Positions 1-11,447 of a DNA stretch of 64,000 bases are shown piece by piece. A program made the position numbers and the translations under genes. Under the pieces are notes generated by a model. It did no database searches. It had not been told where the DNA came from and saw only the letters and a list, made by a program, of their open reading frames with translations. Each line of letters opens with the position of its first letter. Positions within the stretch are counted from its first letter, which is position 1. The DNA comes from Octopus vulgaris (taxonomy: Eukaryota). Where the stretch lies: the NCBI GenBank assembly GCA_951406725.2, contig OX597822.1, positions 39,060,001 through 39,124,000 on the forward strand, written 5' to 3'.

Positions 1-44
1 AATATTTAACTTTGGAGAAAATTTTTTGATGAAGTGTAGCTCCA

Positions 45-1020
45 TTGCTTTTCCGAATTTTGGGTCATCTCTTGAACATTTGTAAAATTTTAAGTCATTT
101 GGAAATTCTGACTGACCAAACCGAGTACAAGGGAGAACCAAGATACCCGGAAAAAACGATAATGAATGAAATCAAAACACTAATTAATGAATACCAAGAT
201 TCTTTCACAGACAAGGAAATTGTTTCTGCAGTTCTGTAATCAAAAAGTGCAATTTGTACGGATTACCCAAAATCCACAAAAGCCCCGAAATACAGAGAGC
301 CATAAATGAGCAGGTGAACCAATACATAAAATACTAAGACCTACTGGCCTCAAACTGAGACCAATAGTTGCAGGACCTTAAGCACCAACACAACAACTGA
401 ATCACTTTTTGGACATACTCATAAAACCTTTATGCTCATTAATACTCAGTTGTATACGGGATAGCATAGCTTTCCTCCAGCACATTCCACCCACTGTCCC
501 AAAAGGCACTATGATTGATTGATTCTAGTTTCAGCTCACTTACAAGTTTTGATGTTATCAACCTTTATACCAATATACTTAACACTTTGGGCCTGGAAGC
601 AGTCAAACACTGAGTAGAGAAACAGAGAACGCCTCAAAACTGATTTCACCACCAAGGCCGCACGCCTGGTACTAGAAGAAAACACTTTTAGATTCGATAA
701 TAAAACATATCGACGAATAAAGGGCACAGCTATGGGGACGCAGTTTGCACACTCATATGCTAACCTAGTCATGGGATACTTGGAAGAAACTCTTTATGAG
801 GATGTAGAGAGAGCTTTTAATGAGGACTGCAAGAAATACATTATTAAAAAGTGGAAATGTTTCGTCGATGACTGCTTCATCTTTTGAGGTCAAATCAAAT
901 GACGACCTACAAATATTTAATAATATCCTCAACACACTTCACCCATCCATCAAATTCACGACTGAATCCAGTTGCAACGAATTACCATTGCTGGATATTC
1001 ATATGAGAATAAGAAAGGAA
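45..1020 (+). mobile_element. Decayed Penelope-like element reverse transcriptase
   Basis: Across frames: LYGLPKIHK, LKLRPIVAGP, GTAMGTQFAHSYANLVMGYLEE, WKCFVDDCFIF, LNTLHPSIKFT..S..ELPLLDI; stops and frameshifts. Confidence 0.85.
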
Positions 1021-1031
1021 TGAAGGTTACT

Positions 1032-1673
1032 AAAGGGTCTTTCTTTAGTGACGATCGTTTCAATAATAGAATTATTTTATCAATTAACAAGATGGGTTAT
1101 ACGTATTTAGATGATATAAACTCATACGATATTAATTTAAAGTCATACTTATCATTTCTTCAGACCATTTACAAAGGGAATATCGAAGAAGACATATTGG
1201 TTTAATTATCCGATTGTAGTCTATTAAATACAATAAACAAATGTGGCTAGGTTTGTGTCACACGAGGCAGCTGCTGTTCGACACAAACCATAAGTCACTA
1301 ATGCACTGATACAAAAATTCTTTGTTTTGATTTGGAAAAAATTTCCAGTTTTTTTTTCTTCTCCAAATTTTTTTCCGTAGGGCGATTAGCTTCGTGTGTT
1401 TGTTGATGTGTGTTATGTTGATTGCTCTATGGTGGAAAGGGCCATTATCGTTAAGGGCAGAGATCAAAGGCAACGGTATTATATTTAATAGACTACAATC
1501 TGATAAGTAAACCAATATGTCTTCGTCGATATTCCCTTTGTAAATGGTCTGAAGATAAGTAAGGCTTTAAATTAATATCGTATGAGTTTATATTATCTGA
1601 ATATGTATAACCCATCTTGTTAATTGATAAAAAATTCTATTATTGAAACGATCGTAACCGAAGAAAGACCCTT
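1032..1673. repeat. Diverged inverted repeat, arms about 200 bp (1032-1229 and 1482-1673)
   Basis: aagggtctttct...gtagtctattaaata is the reverse complement of tatttaatagactac...agaaagaccctt, with scattered mismatches. Confidence 0.85.
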
Positions 1674-1899
1674 GCCTTTCTGAAGACTAAAGCAACGAGT
1701 TCTATCCCTATGTGTTGTAAACAACCCACATCAATTGTTAGATGTTAAAATTGCTACGCTTCCTGAAATTCGCCAACAGAACACCTGATGCCAACCCCCT
1801 CCATTTTATTTTATTCTATTATTTTTAACGACTTGTTCGCTGTTCATTTCCTGTGCATTATTCTATGTTCTGTAAGGCGGCGAGTTGGCAGAAACGTTG

Positions 1900-3900
1900 C
1901 CTCCCCCTCCTCCTCCTCCTCTCCCTTCTCCTCCTCTCCCTTCTCCTCCTCTCCTTACTTATCATCTTCGCACTCCACATCTCATCCTTCTCCTTCCCTC
2001 CCCTCCCCTCCACCTCTCTCTTCCCCCTCTTCATCTTCTTCTCCTTCTTCCTCTTCTTCCTGCTCCTCTTCTTCCCCTTCTTTTTCCTCCTCCTTCCTCC
2101 TTCCTCCTCCTCCTCCTCCTCCTCCTCCTCCTCTTCTTCTTCTTCTTCTTCTTCTTCTTCTTCTTCTTCTTCCCCTCCCTTCCCTCCTCTTCCTTCTATT
2201 CTTCTTCTTCCTCTCCTTCTTCCTCTTCTTCCTCCTCGCCTTCTTCCTCCCCCTCTACTTCTTCCTCTTCTTCTTTTTCCACCTCTTCTTCCTCCTCGCA
2301 TTCTTCCTCCCCCTCTACTTCTTCCTCTTCTTCTTTTTCCACCTCTTCTTCCTCCTCGCATTCTTCCTCCCCCTCTACTTCTTCCTCTTCTTCTTTTTCC
2401 ACCTCTTCTTCCTCCTCCTCCTCCTCCTCCTCCTCTTCTTCTTCTTCTTCTTCTTCTTTTTCTTCTTCTTCCCCTCCATTCCCTCCTCTTCCTTCTATTC
2501 TTCTTCCTCCTCTCCTTCTTCCTGTTCTTCCTCCTCCCCTTCTTCCTCCTGTTCTTCCTCTTCTTCTTCTTTTTCTTCTTCTTCCTCCTAGGTTTGTGTC
2601 CTCCTCCTCCTCTTCTTCTTCTTCTTCTTCTTCTTCTTCCCCCTCCATTCCCTCCTCTTCCTTCTATTCTTCTTCCTCCTCTCCTTCTTCCTGTTCTTCC
2701 TCCTCCCCTTCTTCCTCCTCTTCTTCTTCCTCTTCTTCTTTTTTCTCTTCTTCTTCCTCCTCTTCCTCTTCCTCTTCTTCTTTTTTCTCTTCTCTTCTTC
2801 TTCTTCTTCTTCTTCTTCCTCCTCCTCCACTTCTTCCTCCTCTCCTTCTTCCTCTCCTTTTTCCTCCTCCTCTTCTTCTTCTTCTTCTTCTTCTTCTTCT
2901 TCCCCTCCCTTCCCTCCTCTTTCTCCTATTCTTCTTCCCTCCTTCTCCTCCCCCTCCTCTTAATCCTCCTTCTCTTCCTCCCTTCTTCTTCCTCCCCTCC
3001 TCTTCCTCCCATTCCTCCTCTTCCCCTCTCCCATCACTTTCTCTTCCTCTTCCTCCTCCCTCTTCCACCCCTCCCCCTCTTCCACCTCCTCCTCCTCCTC
3101 CTCCTCCTCCTTCTTCTTCTTCATCCACCACCACCTCCTCCTCTTCCTCCTTCTTCTCCTCCTCCTCCTCCTCCTCCACTTCTTCTTCTTCATCCACCAC
3201 CACCTCCTCCTCTTCATCCTTCTTCTCCACCTCCTCCTCCTCCTCCTCCTCCTCCATCTTCTCTACCACCTCCACTCCTCTTCTTTTTCCTCTTCTTCTT
3301 CTTCTTTCTCCTCCTCCCACTCCTCCTCCCCTTCTTCTTCTTCTTCTTCATCCACCACCTCCTCCTCCATCTTCTCCACCTCCTCCACCCCTCTTCTTTT
3401 CCTCTTCCTCCTCCTCACCTCCTCCTCGCCTTCTTCTTCTTCATCTACCACATCATCATCCCCTTCTTCCTCCTTCTCCTTCTCCACCTCCTCTTCCTCT
3501 CTTCTTCTTCTTCTTCTTCTTCCTCCTCCTCCTCCTCTCCTTCTTCTCCTCCTCCTCCTCCTCTTCTTCTTCTTCTTCTTCTTCTTCTACTTCTACCTCT
3601 CCTCCTCCTACTCCTCCTCCTCCTCCTCCTCCTTCTCCCCCTCCTCCTCCTCCTCCTCCGCCACCACCTCCTCCTCCTTCTCCCCTTCTTACTCCTTCTC
3701 CTCCTCCTTCTCCTCCTTCTCCTCCTTCTCCTCCTCTTCTTCCTCCTCCTCCACCACCTCCTCCTCTCCTTCACCCTCCTCTTCTTTTCTTCCCTCTCCC
3801 CCTCTTCTTTTTCTTCCCTCCTCCTCCAACTCATCTTCATCTTCTTCTTCCTCCTCCTCCACTTCTTTTCTTCCTCCTCGTCTTCCTACTCCTCCTCCTC
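1900..3900. repeat. About 2 kb (CCT/CTT)n polypyrimidine tract with a 60-bp higher-order unit
   Basis: Almost purely C/T on the + strand; a 60-bp unit is repeated three times at about 2226-2410. Source of the long poly-S/P/L/E ORFs. Confidence 0.95.
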
Positions 3901-3987
3901 ATTCTGCCACAACTTGCGGGGTCGATTAAATAAGTACCAATTACGCACTGGAGTCGATATAATCTGTGCATTATTGTATGTTCTGTA

Positions 3988-4820
3988 AGGCGGCGAGCTG
4001 GCAGAAACGTTAGCACGTCGGGCGAAATGCTTAGCAGTATTTCGTCTGCCGTTACGTTGTGAGTTCAAATTCCGCCGAGGTCGACTTTGCCTTTCATCCT
4101 TTCGGGGTCGATAAATTAAGTACCAGTTACGCAGAGATCGATGTAATCGACTTAATACCTATGTCTGTCCTTGTTTGTTCCCTCTATGTTTAGCCCTTTG
4201 TGGGAAGTAAAGAAATAAGAAACGTTAGCACGCCGGGCGAAATGCTTAGCAGTATTTTGTCTGTCTTTACGTTCTGAGTACAAATTCCGCCGAGGTTGAC
4301 TTTGCCTTTCATCCTTTCAGGGCACCAGTTGCGTACTGAGATCGATCTAATCGACTGGACCCCTCTCCACAAAATTTCGGGCCTTGTGCCTAGAGCAGAA
4401 ATGTATAATATGTTTAGTAAAGGCGAGCTGTCAGAAACGTTAGTACACCAGGCGAAATGTTTAGCAGTATTTCGTCTGCCGTTACGTTCTGAGTTCAAAT
4501 TCCACCGATGTCGACTTTGCCTTTCATCCTTTCGGGGTCGATAAATTATTTACCAGTTACGCACTGGGGTCGATGTAATCGACTTAATCCGTTTATCTGT
4601 CCTTGTTTGTCCTCTCTGTGTTTAGCCCCTTGTGGGTAGTAAATAAATAGGTATTTCGTCTGCCGCTACGTTCTGAGTTCAAATTCCGCCGAGGTCGACT
4701 TTGCCTTTCATCCTTTCGGGGTTGATAAATTAGGTACCAGTTGCGTACTGGGGTCGATCTAATCGACTGGCCCCTTCCCCACAAAACTTCGGGCCTTGTG
4801 CCCAGAGTAGAAAAGATTAT
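3988..4820 (+). mobile_element. Tandem cluster of tRNA-derived SINE family B (aggcggcgagctggcagaaacgttagc...)
   Basis: About four head-to-tail units with A-box-like TGGCAGAAACGTT and B-box GTTCAAATTCC. Other copies at about 7021-7610(-), 15756-15985(+), 17385-17660(-), 18015-18188(-), 20020-20190(-), 27122-27325(+), 34640-34815(-), 51380-51612(+), 61070-61548(-). Confidence 0.85.
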
Positions 4821-5152
4821 TTTATATCCTGTTCATGCAGTTTTGGTTACTTTTTCTGAATGTTTGTAGTGCACCTGAGCACTGCATACAATAAATTCAT
4901 TACTGTTTTTAAGTCAAATCTTACAGGAATCGCTTTTAAACCTTAATCCATTTGGGAGTCAATTTATTAATATATATATATATATATATAGGCGCAGGAG
5001 TGGCTGTGTGGTAAGTAGCTTACTAACCAACCACATGGTTCCGGGTTCAGTCCCACTGCGTGGTACCTTGGGCAAGTGTCTTCTGCTATAGCCTCGGGCC
5101 GACCGAAGCCTTGTGAGTGGATTTGGTAGACGGAAACTGAAAGAAGCCTGTC

Positions 5153-5190
<38 letters not shown>

Positions 5191-5560
5191 GAGATGTACT
5201 CGCATAGCAAGTAATTTGATCTGAGATCGTGTGCTGAAACGAAAACAATTGCAGCGTGGAAGGTGTTTATAAGCCATTTAAGAAACACACAAAAGCCGTT
5301 CGATTCACTTCAACATTTAAGTTTAATTTGTCAAAATATTTTCGTCGCTAAAATCCGCGACCTGTTCACTGACAAAGTCCGTGCTGCATCTCGGAGACGC
5401 AGCACGGATTTTGTCAGTGAACAGGTCGCGGATTTTAGCGACGAAAATATTTTGACAAATTAAACTTAAATGTTGACAAATTAAACTTAAATGTTGAAGT
5501 GAATCGAACGGCTTTTGTGTGTTTCTTAAATGGCTTATAAACACCTTCCACGCTGCAATT

Positions 5561-5561
<1 letters not shown>
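5191..5561. mobile_element. Palindromic short element, probably Penelope pseudo-LTR derived, inserted in the (TA)n of a family A SINE
   Basis: Arms at about 5246-5387 and 5398-5561 are reverse complements. Second copy at 58221-58481; fragment at about 49078-49218. Confidence 0.75.
5410..5459 (+). ncRNA. Minimal type-I hammerhead-like motif, G3-C8 core variant (mirror copy at 5327-5376 on the minus strand)
   Basis: TTTGTCA-GTGAACA-G-GTCGC(ggatttta)GCGAC-GAAA-ATAT-T-T-TGACAAA: 7-bp stem I, 5-bp stem II, palindromic stem III. Folded by eye. Confidence 0.55.
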
Positions 5562-5594
<33 letters not shown>

Positions 5595-5819
5595 TTGTTT
5601 GTGTGTCTGTGTTTGTCCCCCTAGCATTGCTTGACAACCGATGCTGGTGTGTTTACGTCCCCGTCACTTAGCGGTTCGGCAAAAAGAGACCGATAGAATA
5701 AGTACTGGGCTTACAAAAAAAGAATAAGTCCCGGGGTCGAGTTGCTCGACTAAAGCCGGTGCTCCAGCATGGCCGCAGTCAAATGACTGAAACAAGTAAA
5801 AGAGTAAAAGAGTAAAAGA

Positions 5820-5861
<42 letters not shown>

Positions 5862-6610
5862 GATATCTTGTTTTTTTTTTTTGCTTTTGTGCTTGTTTCA
5901 GGTATTAGACTGCAGCCATGCCGGGGTACTGCCTTGAAGAATTTTCAATTCTATGAATCGACCCCATTACCTATTTATCATTGAAAGCATGGTTCTTATT
6001 CTATCGGTCTCTTTTGCCGAACCTCTATGCTACGAGGATGTAAATACACCAACACCAGTTGTCAAGTGGTGGTGGGAGACAAACGCAGACACAAAGACAC
6101 CACCCTACATATATACACACACACATACCCACACACGCACACATTCACACATACACACAATGGAAGCTGTTTACTATAATGATGGATAATATTAACTAGT
6201 GATTATTATTACAATCCGTGGTCCTCAATGTTTTTGCTTAATGTTATCAATCTGTTAAAGTTATCAGCTGCTTATTTTTACCTATGTAAGATGCTTGTCC
6301 ACTCATCTAAGAGTGACCTTTCTCATGGTACTTACTCTTGCGAATGTTAGTGCTGGAAATATACGTGATATAGTCTTTAAACCGTCTGGCTGCAAGACCC
6401 ACGTTGCAATTAGGAGGAATTGCGTGAAAAACATCTTTATTTGAGGGTAGATTCGAAACTATCCTACTGTCACTCTTTACAAGATTTTAAAACACTATAG
6501 ACAGCAGACAAGAGGGTGTGTTGATGTACAATAACCTTTAGTTTGGTTTGCGGTAGGGTCCTCATGAACTTGTGCTTAATTTGAGTGTTACGTCAAAAAA
6601 ATTGTATGTA

Positions 6611-6930
6611 TTTTATATTCTACTGGCACTAAAGTAACCCTATGTTATAAGTACCCCTTCTATACTGCATCTACCCTTCTAAACAGGCTACCCACTCCGT
6701 AACATGCAGAGCTCTTGTCTCTTCTGTGCAGTTTCTAGGACAATCCCAAGTCGTATGGAGTTAAGAGTGACAAAATCCAAACAAACCCAGAGGTTTATGG
6801 AAAGGTAACTGCACAGAAGAGACAAGGACACTGCATGTTGCGGAGGAGGTAACCTGTTTAGGAGAGTAGATATAGTGTAGAAGGGGTACTTATGACATAG
6901 AGTTACTTTGGTGCCAATGGACTATAAAAT
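6611..6930. repeat. Diverged inverted repeat, arms about 120 bp (6611-6732 and 6807-6930)
   Basis: tggcactaaagtaaccctatg...cttgtctcttctgtgcagtt versus aactgcacagaagagacaag...catagagttactttggtgcca. Confidence 0.8.
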
Positions 6931-7073
6931 GTATCCTAACCCAAGCTGTAGTTAATGAGAGGAAAAGCCTTGAGCTGTAAAATATCCTTCCCAATTTTGA
7001 CACAGGGCAAGTAATTTTCAGGGGTGGGGGAATTCAATTACATCGACCCCAGTACTCAACTGGTACTTATTTT

Positions 7074-7233
7074 CATTATTTACATTTGACGGATATTTTT
7101 CCTCATCTTGTTTGTTGTTAACACAACGTTTCGGCTGATATACATATCCTCCAGCCTTCATCAGGCATATGGCGTAATAGTTAAGAGCGCGGGCTACTAA
7201 CCCCAAGATTCCGAGTTCGATTCTAGGCAATGA

Positions 7234-7299
<66 letters not shown>

Positions 7300-7471
7300 C
7301 AACAACATCGAAAAATACCTTAGGAATGAGAACCCAGGTTCGAAATTTCCCCAAGACACCCGATGAAGGCTAGAGGGTATATCAGCCAAAACGTTGTGTT
7401 AACAAACATGATGAGGACAAATATCCGTCAAATGTAAATAATGTACATAATTCCTCATCTCTTAAATATAG
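7074..7471 (+). mobile_element. Composite short element: inverted 3' copy, tRNA-like head, (AAT)n, hammerhead-like motif and tail, bounded by a 16-bp TSD
   Basis: TSD aactggtacttatttt at 7058-7073 and 7472-7487, splitting a family B SINE. Inverted arms at about 7074-7165 and 7359-7443. A/B boxes at about 7170-7223. Confidence 0.8.
7120..7165 (-). ncRNA. Minimal hammerhead-like motif with canonical core
   Basis: CTGATGA-A-GGCTG...CAGCC-GAAA-CG-T-T-GTGTT. The + strand copy (7355-7400) keeps stem I GACAC/GTGTT but has U4C and G12A changes. Confidence 0.55.
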
Positions 7472-8266
7472 AACTGGTACTTATTTTATCGGTCTCCAAA
7501 GGATGAAAGGTAAAGTCGATCGTGGCGGAATTTGAACTCGGTACATAAAGAACCGTAAGTAATGCCACTCTGTATTTTACAGACGCGCTAACGATTTTGT
7601 CAGTTTGCCGTAGATGGACCTTATGTAACCCATCTAACAGGTCCAGGACAGCAAGTACTTCCCTTCAATGCTTCCATCATCAAAGGTCACGTGATAAAAT
7701 ACAAGGTCACAGCACACATCAGTTATCTCTACGATCGAAACGTGTACAAGAAGTAAAATGGAGGGAGAGGGTCTCAGTCAGATGTTTCACAGACAAGGAA
7801 CATAGACACACTTTCTTTTGGGTAAATAACAAGATCTTTTGAGTCACTGGAATAAGCGTACTAAAAATACAAGTCAAGGATGTCGACGGAGAATACAAAG
7901 TTATGGCGGCATTTGACAAGTGGCCATATTGGGCAGGAAGAAAAGATTGAGGGAACACTTTTGTTGTGTAAACTTACAGATGTCCAATGTAGAATATGAA
8001 TGCGCATAAAATACCGGGGAATTATTGATAGGCTGACAGAGTAGGGCAAATGGGCTGGAGTAACTAGCAGTGAGAGCGTCAATGAAATGCATATATATAT
8101 GCAAGAGTGGCTGTGTGTTAAGTAGCTTGCTTACCAACCACATGGTTCCGGGTTCAGTCCCACTACGTGGCACCTTGGGTAAGTGTCTTCTGCTATAGAC
8201 TCGGGCCGATTAAAACCTTGTGAGTGGATCTGGTAGACGGAAACTGAAAGAAGCCCGTCGTATACA

Positions 8267-8357
<91 letters not shown>

Positions 8358-8364
<7 letters not shown>

Positions 8365-8509
8365 TAGTTATCGCCATACTAATATGGCAGTCTATAAATA
8401 TAAGACTAAAGCGGTGGCCTCTTGGAGCTAATCACTTGGAGCTAATCAGCGACAGCTTTAGTCTTATATTTATAGACTGCCATATTAGTATGGCGATAAC
8501 TATTAATAT
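8358..8509. repeat. Perfect 55-bp inverted repeat with a 14-bp tandem duplication in the spacer
   Basis: Arms 8358-8412 and 8455-8509; the spacer holds cttggagctaatca twice. Confidence 0.9.
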
Positions 8510-8562
8510 CCAGTAACGCTGCCGTAATCTCCTTTAGAGAGACTTAGTAATTTTAATATTTC

Positions 8563-8613
<51 letters not shown>

Positions 8614-8861
8614 ACGGGCTTCTTTCAGTTTCCGTCTACCGAATCTAATCACAAGGATTTGGTCGGCCCTAGGGTATAGTAGAAGACACTGGACCAAGAT
8701 GCTACGCTATGGAATCATGCTATGGAACCATGTGGTTGGGAAGCAAGCTACTTACCACACAGCCACTCCTGCGCCTACCCAGTCATGTGCCTATATATAT
8801 ATATATATATATATACAGACGTATATAAACACACCTCTCATTTTCTCTAATTTCCATCTAC

Positions 8862-8867
8862 TTTATT
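8862..8867 (-). terminator. Candidate polyadenylation signal AATAAA of ENKUR
   Basis: tttatt on the + strand, about 30 nt downstream of the ENKUR stop codon. Confidence 0.5.
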
Positions 8868-8897
8868 TCACAGAAGAAAATCAGATATGTTTATCTT

Positions 8898-9236
8898 TCA
8901 GTATTGACAGCCGTCAGGATCGTTTCCCAAATATATCCTCTTGTGTTTCTCAATCAAAGCTATATCTTGCTCAAGCTGTTTCATCAACATCTCCAGTTTT
9001 TCTTTTAAGTGCTTCTTTCGGATGGTATCTATGACAACCGAGAGGCCCTGGAAGTCGTGGTGCACAGCTTCCCAATTCTTCTTCAAGCCACTCAGTAACT
9101 CCTCTCGCTCTTCTTCGCTCAGCTGTTTCATAGTGTTGTCTTCGATCTGCTTCTTCACAGCTGCTTCGTACCGCCCGTGTAGCATCTTCACGTCCTCCCG
9201 TCGTTTCTTCAGGTAAGCTGGAATCTGGCCGTAATC
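8898..9236 (-). CDS. ENKUR: Enkurin last coding exon (DYGQIPAYLKKR...LSEEEREELLSGLKKNWEAVHHDFQGLSVVIDTIRKK...LEQDIALIEKHKRIYLGNDPDGCQY*)
   Basis: Acceptor ggcag|GAT, 339 nt to TGA; carries the C-terminal enkurin domain. Joined CDS is 819 nt (272 aa plus stop). Confidence 0.95.
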   Translation of the reverse strand, partial: DYGQIPAYLKKRREDVKMLHGRYEAAVKKQIEDNTMKQLSEEEREELLSGLKKNWEAVHHDFQGLSVVIDTIRKKHLKEKLEMLMKQLEQDIALIEKHKRIYLGNDPDGCQY

Positions 9237-9330
9237 CTGCCAACAGATATGAAACAGAAAGAAATATTAGGATAGGCAACCGACGAACTATCTTATGTAA
9301 GACCCCCCCACCCCGCCAAAATCTTCAAAT

Positions 9331-9498
9331 AGGCGTAGGAGTGGCTGTGTGGTAAGTAGCTTGCTTTCGAACCACATGGTTCCGGGTTCAGTCCCACTTC
9401 GTAGCACCTTGGGCAAGTGCCTTCTACTATAGTCTCGGGTCGACCAAAGCCTTGTGAGTGGATTTGGTAGACGGAAACTGAAAGAAGCTCGTCGTTTA

Positions 9499-9529
<31 letters not shown>

Positions 9530-9735
9530 GTTTGTGTGTCTGTGTTTGTCCCCCCAACATCGCTTGACAATTGATGCTGGTGTGTTTACTTCCCCGTGAC
9601 TTAGCGGTTCGGCAAAAGAAACCGACAGAATAAGTACTAGGCTTACAAAGAATAAGTCGTGGGATCGATTTACTCGACTAAAGGTGGTGCTCCAGCATGG
9701 CCACAGTCAAATGACTGAAACAAGTAAAAGAGTAA
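9331..9735 (+). mobile_element. Full-length tRNA-derived CORE-type SINE family A (ggcgtaggagtggctgtgtggtaag...aagtaaaagag) with an internal TA/TG microsatellite
   Basis: tRNA-like head, CCTTGGGCAAGT CORE-like block, AAAAGAGT tail. Further copies at about 4990-5825, 8100-8260, 8612-8778(-), 11116-11260, 13408-13875, 14035-14352(-), 26629-27060, 30821-31237, 33307-33707(-), 33722-34109(-), 34842-35220, 50276-51008, 59837-60259, 61817-62436, 62505-62918(-), 63622-63782. Confidence 0.9.
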
Positions 9736-11409
9736 ATGGCGTGCTGTCCTTTTTCTTACCTAATCTCTTCTTTCGTCTTGTAAAACTGATTCCTCCTTCC
9801 ATAATTAAAAAAAAAACATACTAGCACTCTGTTCGGTTGGACGACAAGGGTCCGAGTTGACCCGATAAACGAAACAGCCTGCTCGTGAAGTTAATGCGCA
9901 AATGGCCGAGTACTCCACAGACACGCTTAGCCATCACGTAGTTCTCAGAGAGATTCGGCGTGACACAGAATGTGACAAGGTTAGCCCTTTTTTGAAATAA
10001 AGCTAGAACTCATTTTTGCCAGCTGAGTTCACTGGAGCAACGTGAAGTAAAATGATTAACTCAAGAACTGAACGCGATGCCAGGAATCGAACTCACGGCC
10101 TTACAATCTTGAGCTGAATACCATGACTACTGATCCACATGGCTTCACACACACACATACGCACACACACATACACATACACACACATACACACATACAT
10201 ACACACACATACACACATACACATACACACATACATACACATACACACATACATACACATACACAAAGACAGCACACACATATACACGCACACACAAAGA
10301 CAGCACACGCATACACGCAAGGGCAGACACACACACTCATACTCATGCGCATACACACATACACAGACACATGCACATACACACACACAGACACACACAC
10401 GCACACACAAACATACGCAGAGATCAAGTATCTCAGTTGGTCCTGTCCTAGCATTCACACACGCGCACACGCACACACACACACAGACACGCACACAGAC
10501 ACAGACAGACGCACACACGTTCATACTCATACATACGGAGGCGCGCGCGCACACACACACACACACAGGCGTCAAGTACCTCAGTCGATCCTGTCCTAGC
10601 ACTCACAGATTAAGCTTGCCGCTTAACCTACAAGAAAGTGAGTGGCCTGTGGCTTAGTGGTTAAGGAATTCGGCTCACGATCGTAACAATGTGAGTTCGA
10701 TTCCAGGCGACGCGTTATCTCCTTGAGCAAGATACTTCATGTCACGTTGCTCCAGTCAACTCAGCTGATAAAAATGAGTCGTACCCGTATTCCAGAAAGG
10801 GCCAGCCTTGTCACATTCTGTGCCATTCTGTGCCATTCTGTGCCATTCTGTGTCGCTCTGAGAACTAATTTAAGGACACGCATGTCTGTGGAGTACCCGA
10901 CCACTTTCGTGTTGATCTCATGAGCAGACTGTTTCGCTGATAGGATCAACTGGAACCCTCGTTGTCGTCCTAACAGACCGAGTGCCAGTAAAGGAACAAC
11001 AATCAAACACCCCGGATAATGTCACTCTGCTTTCTTAAACGAAGGGAAGGACACAATGGAAAATATAATCCTGGATCCCCCCTTCAGAAAAACAACCCCG
11101 CCCTCAGAAAAAAAAGGAGTGGCTGTGTGGTAAGTAGCTTGCTTACCAGCCACATAGTTCCGGGTTCAGCTCCACTGTGTGACACCTTGGGCAACTATCT
11201 TCTACTATAGCCTCGGGCCGACCAAAGCCTTGTAAGTGGATTTGGTAGACGGAAACTGAATTCACAACGACCTCGAACCCACAAGTGTGAACAAGAGAGA
11301 CAGAGCAAGGCAGAAACAAGGAAAATGCCACTTACATTTGAACACTATACAAATATTCCTTTAAAAATCATTTCTTTTAATTTTTCTAAATTTAATTATT
11401 AAATCGTTA

Positions 11410-11447
11410 CAGTTGAAAAGGTCTCAAAATGACTGAAACCGGTACTG
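11410..11447 (+). ncRNA. Minimal hammerhead-like motif, U3-A8 core variant
   Basis: CAG-TTGAAAA-GGTC(tcaaaat)GACT-GAAA-CCGG-T-A-CTG with palindromic stem III ACCGGT. A nearby fragment (about 11655-11910) encodes NLPFVSDKC, resembling the Penelope RT-to-endonuclease linker. Confidence 0.5.

Noticed and set aside
1788-3988. Long ORFs of 267-711 aa in several frames
   Set aside because: CCT/CTT repeats lack stop codons; the products are homopolymeric with no domain content.
3988-4820. CRISPR-like array
   Set aside because: The units are 180-250 bp SINE copies without unique spacers; eukaryotic context and no cas genes.
7169-7232. Functional tRNA gene
   Set aside because: No intact acceptor stem and no oligo-T terminator; embedded in a TSD-bounded repeat.
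7597-8082. Short ORFs in unique-looking sequence
   Set aside because: No recognisable motif and several stops in every frame; cannot be assigned without a database search.
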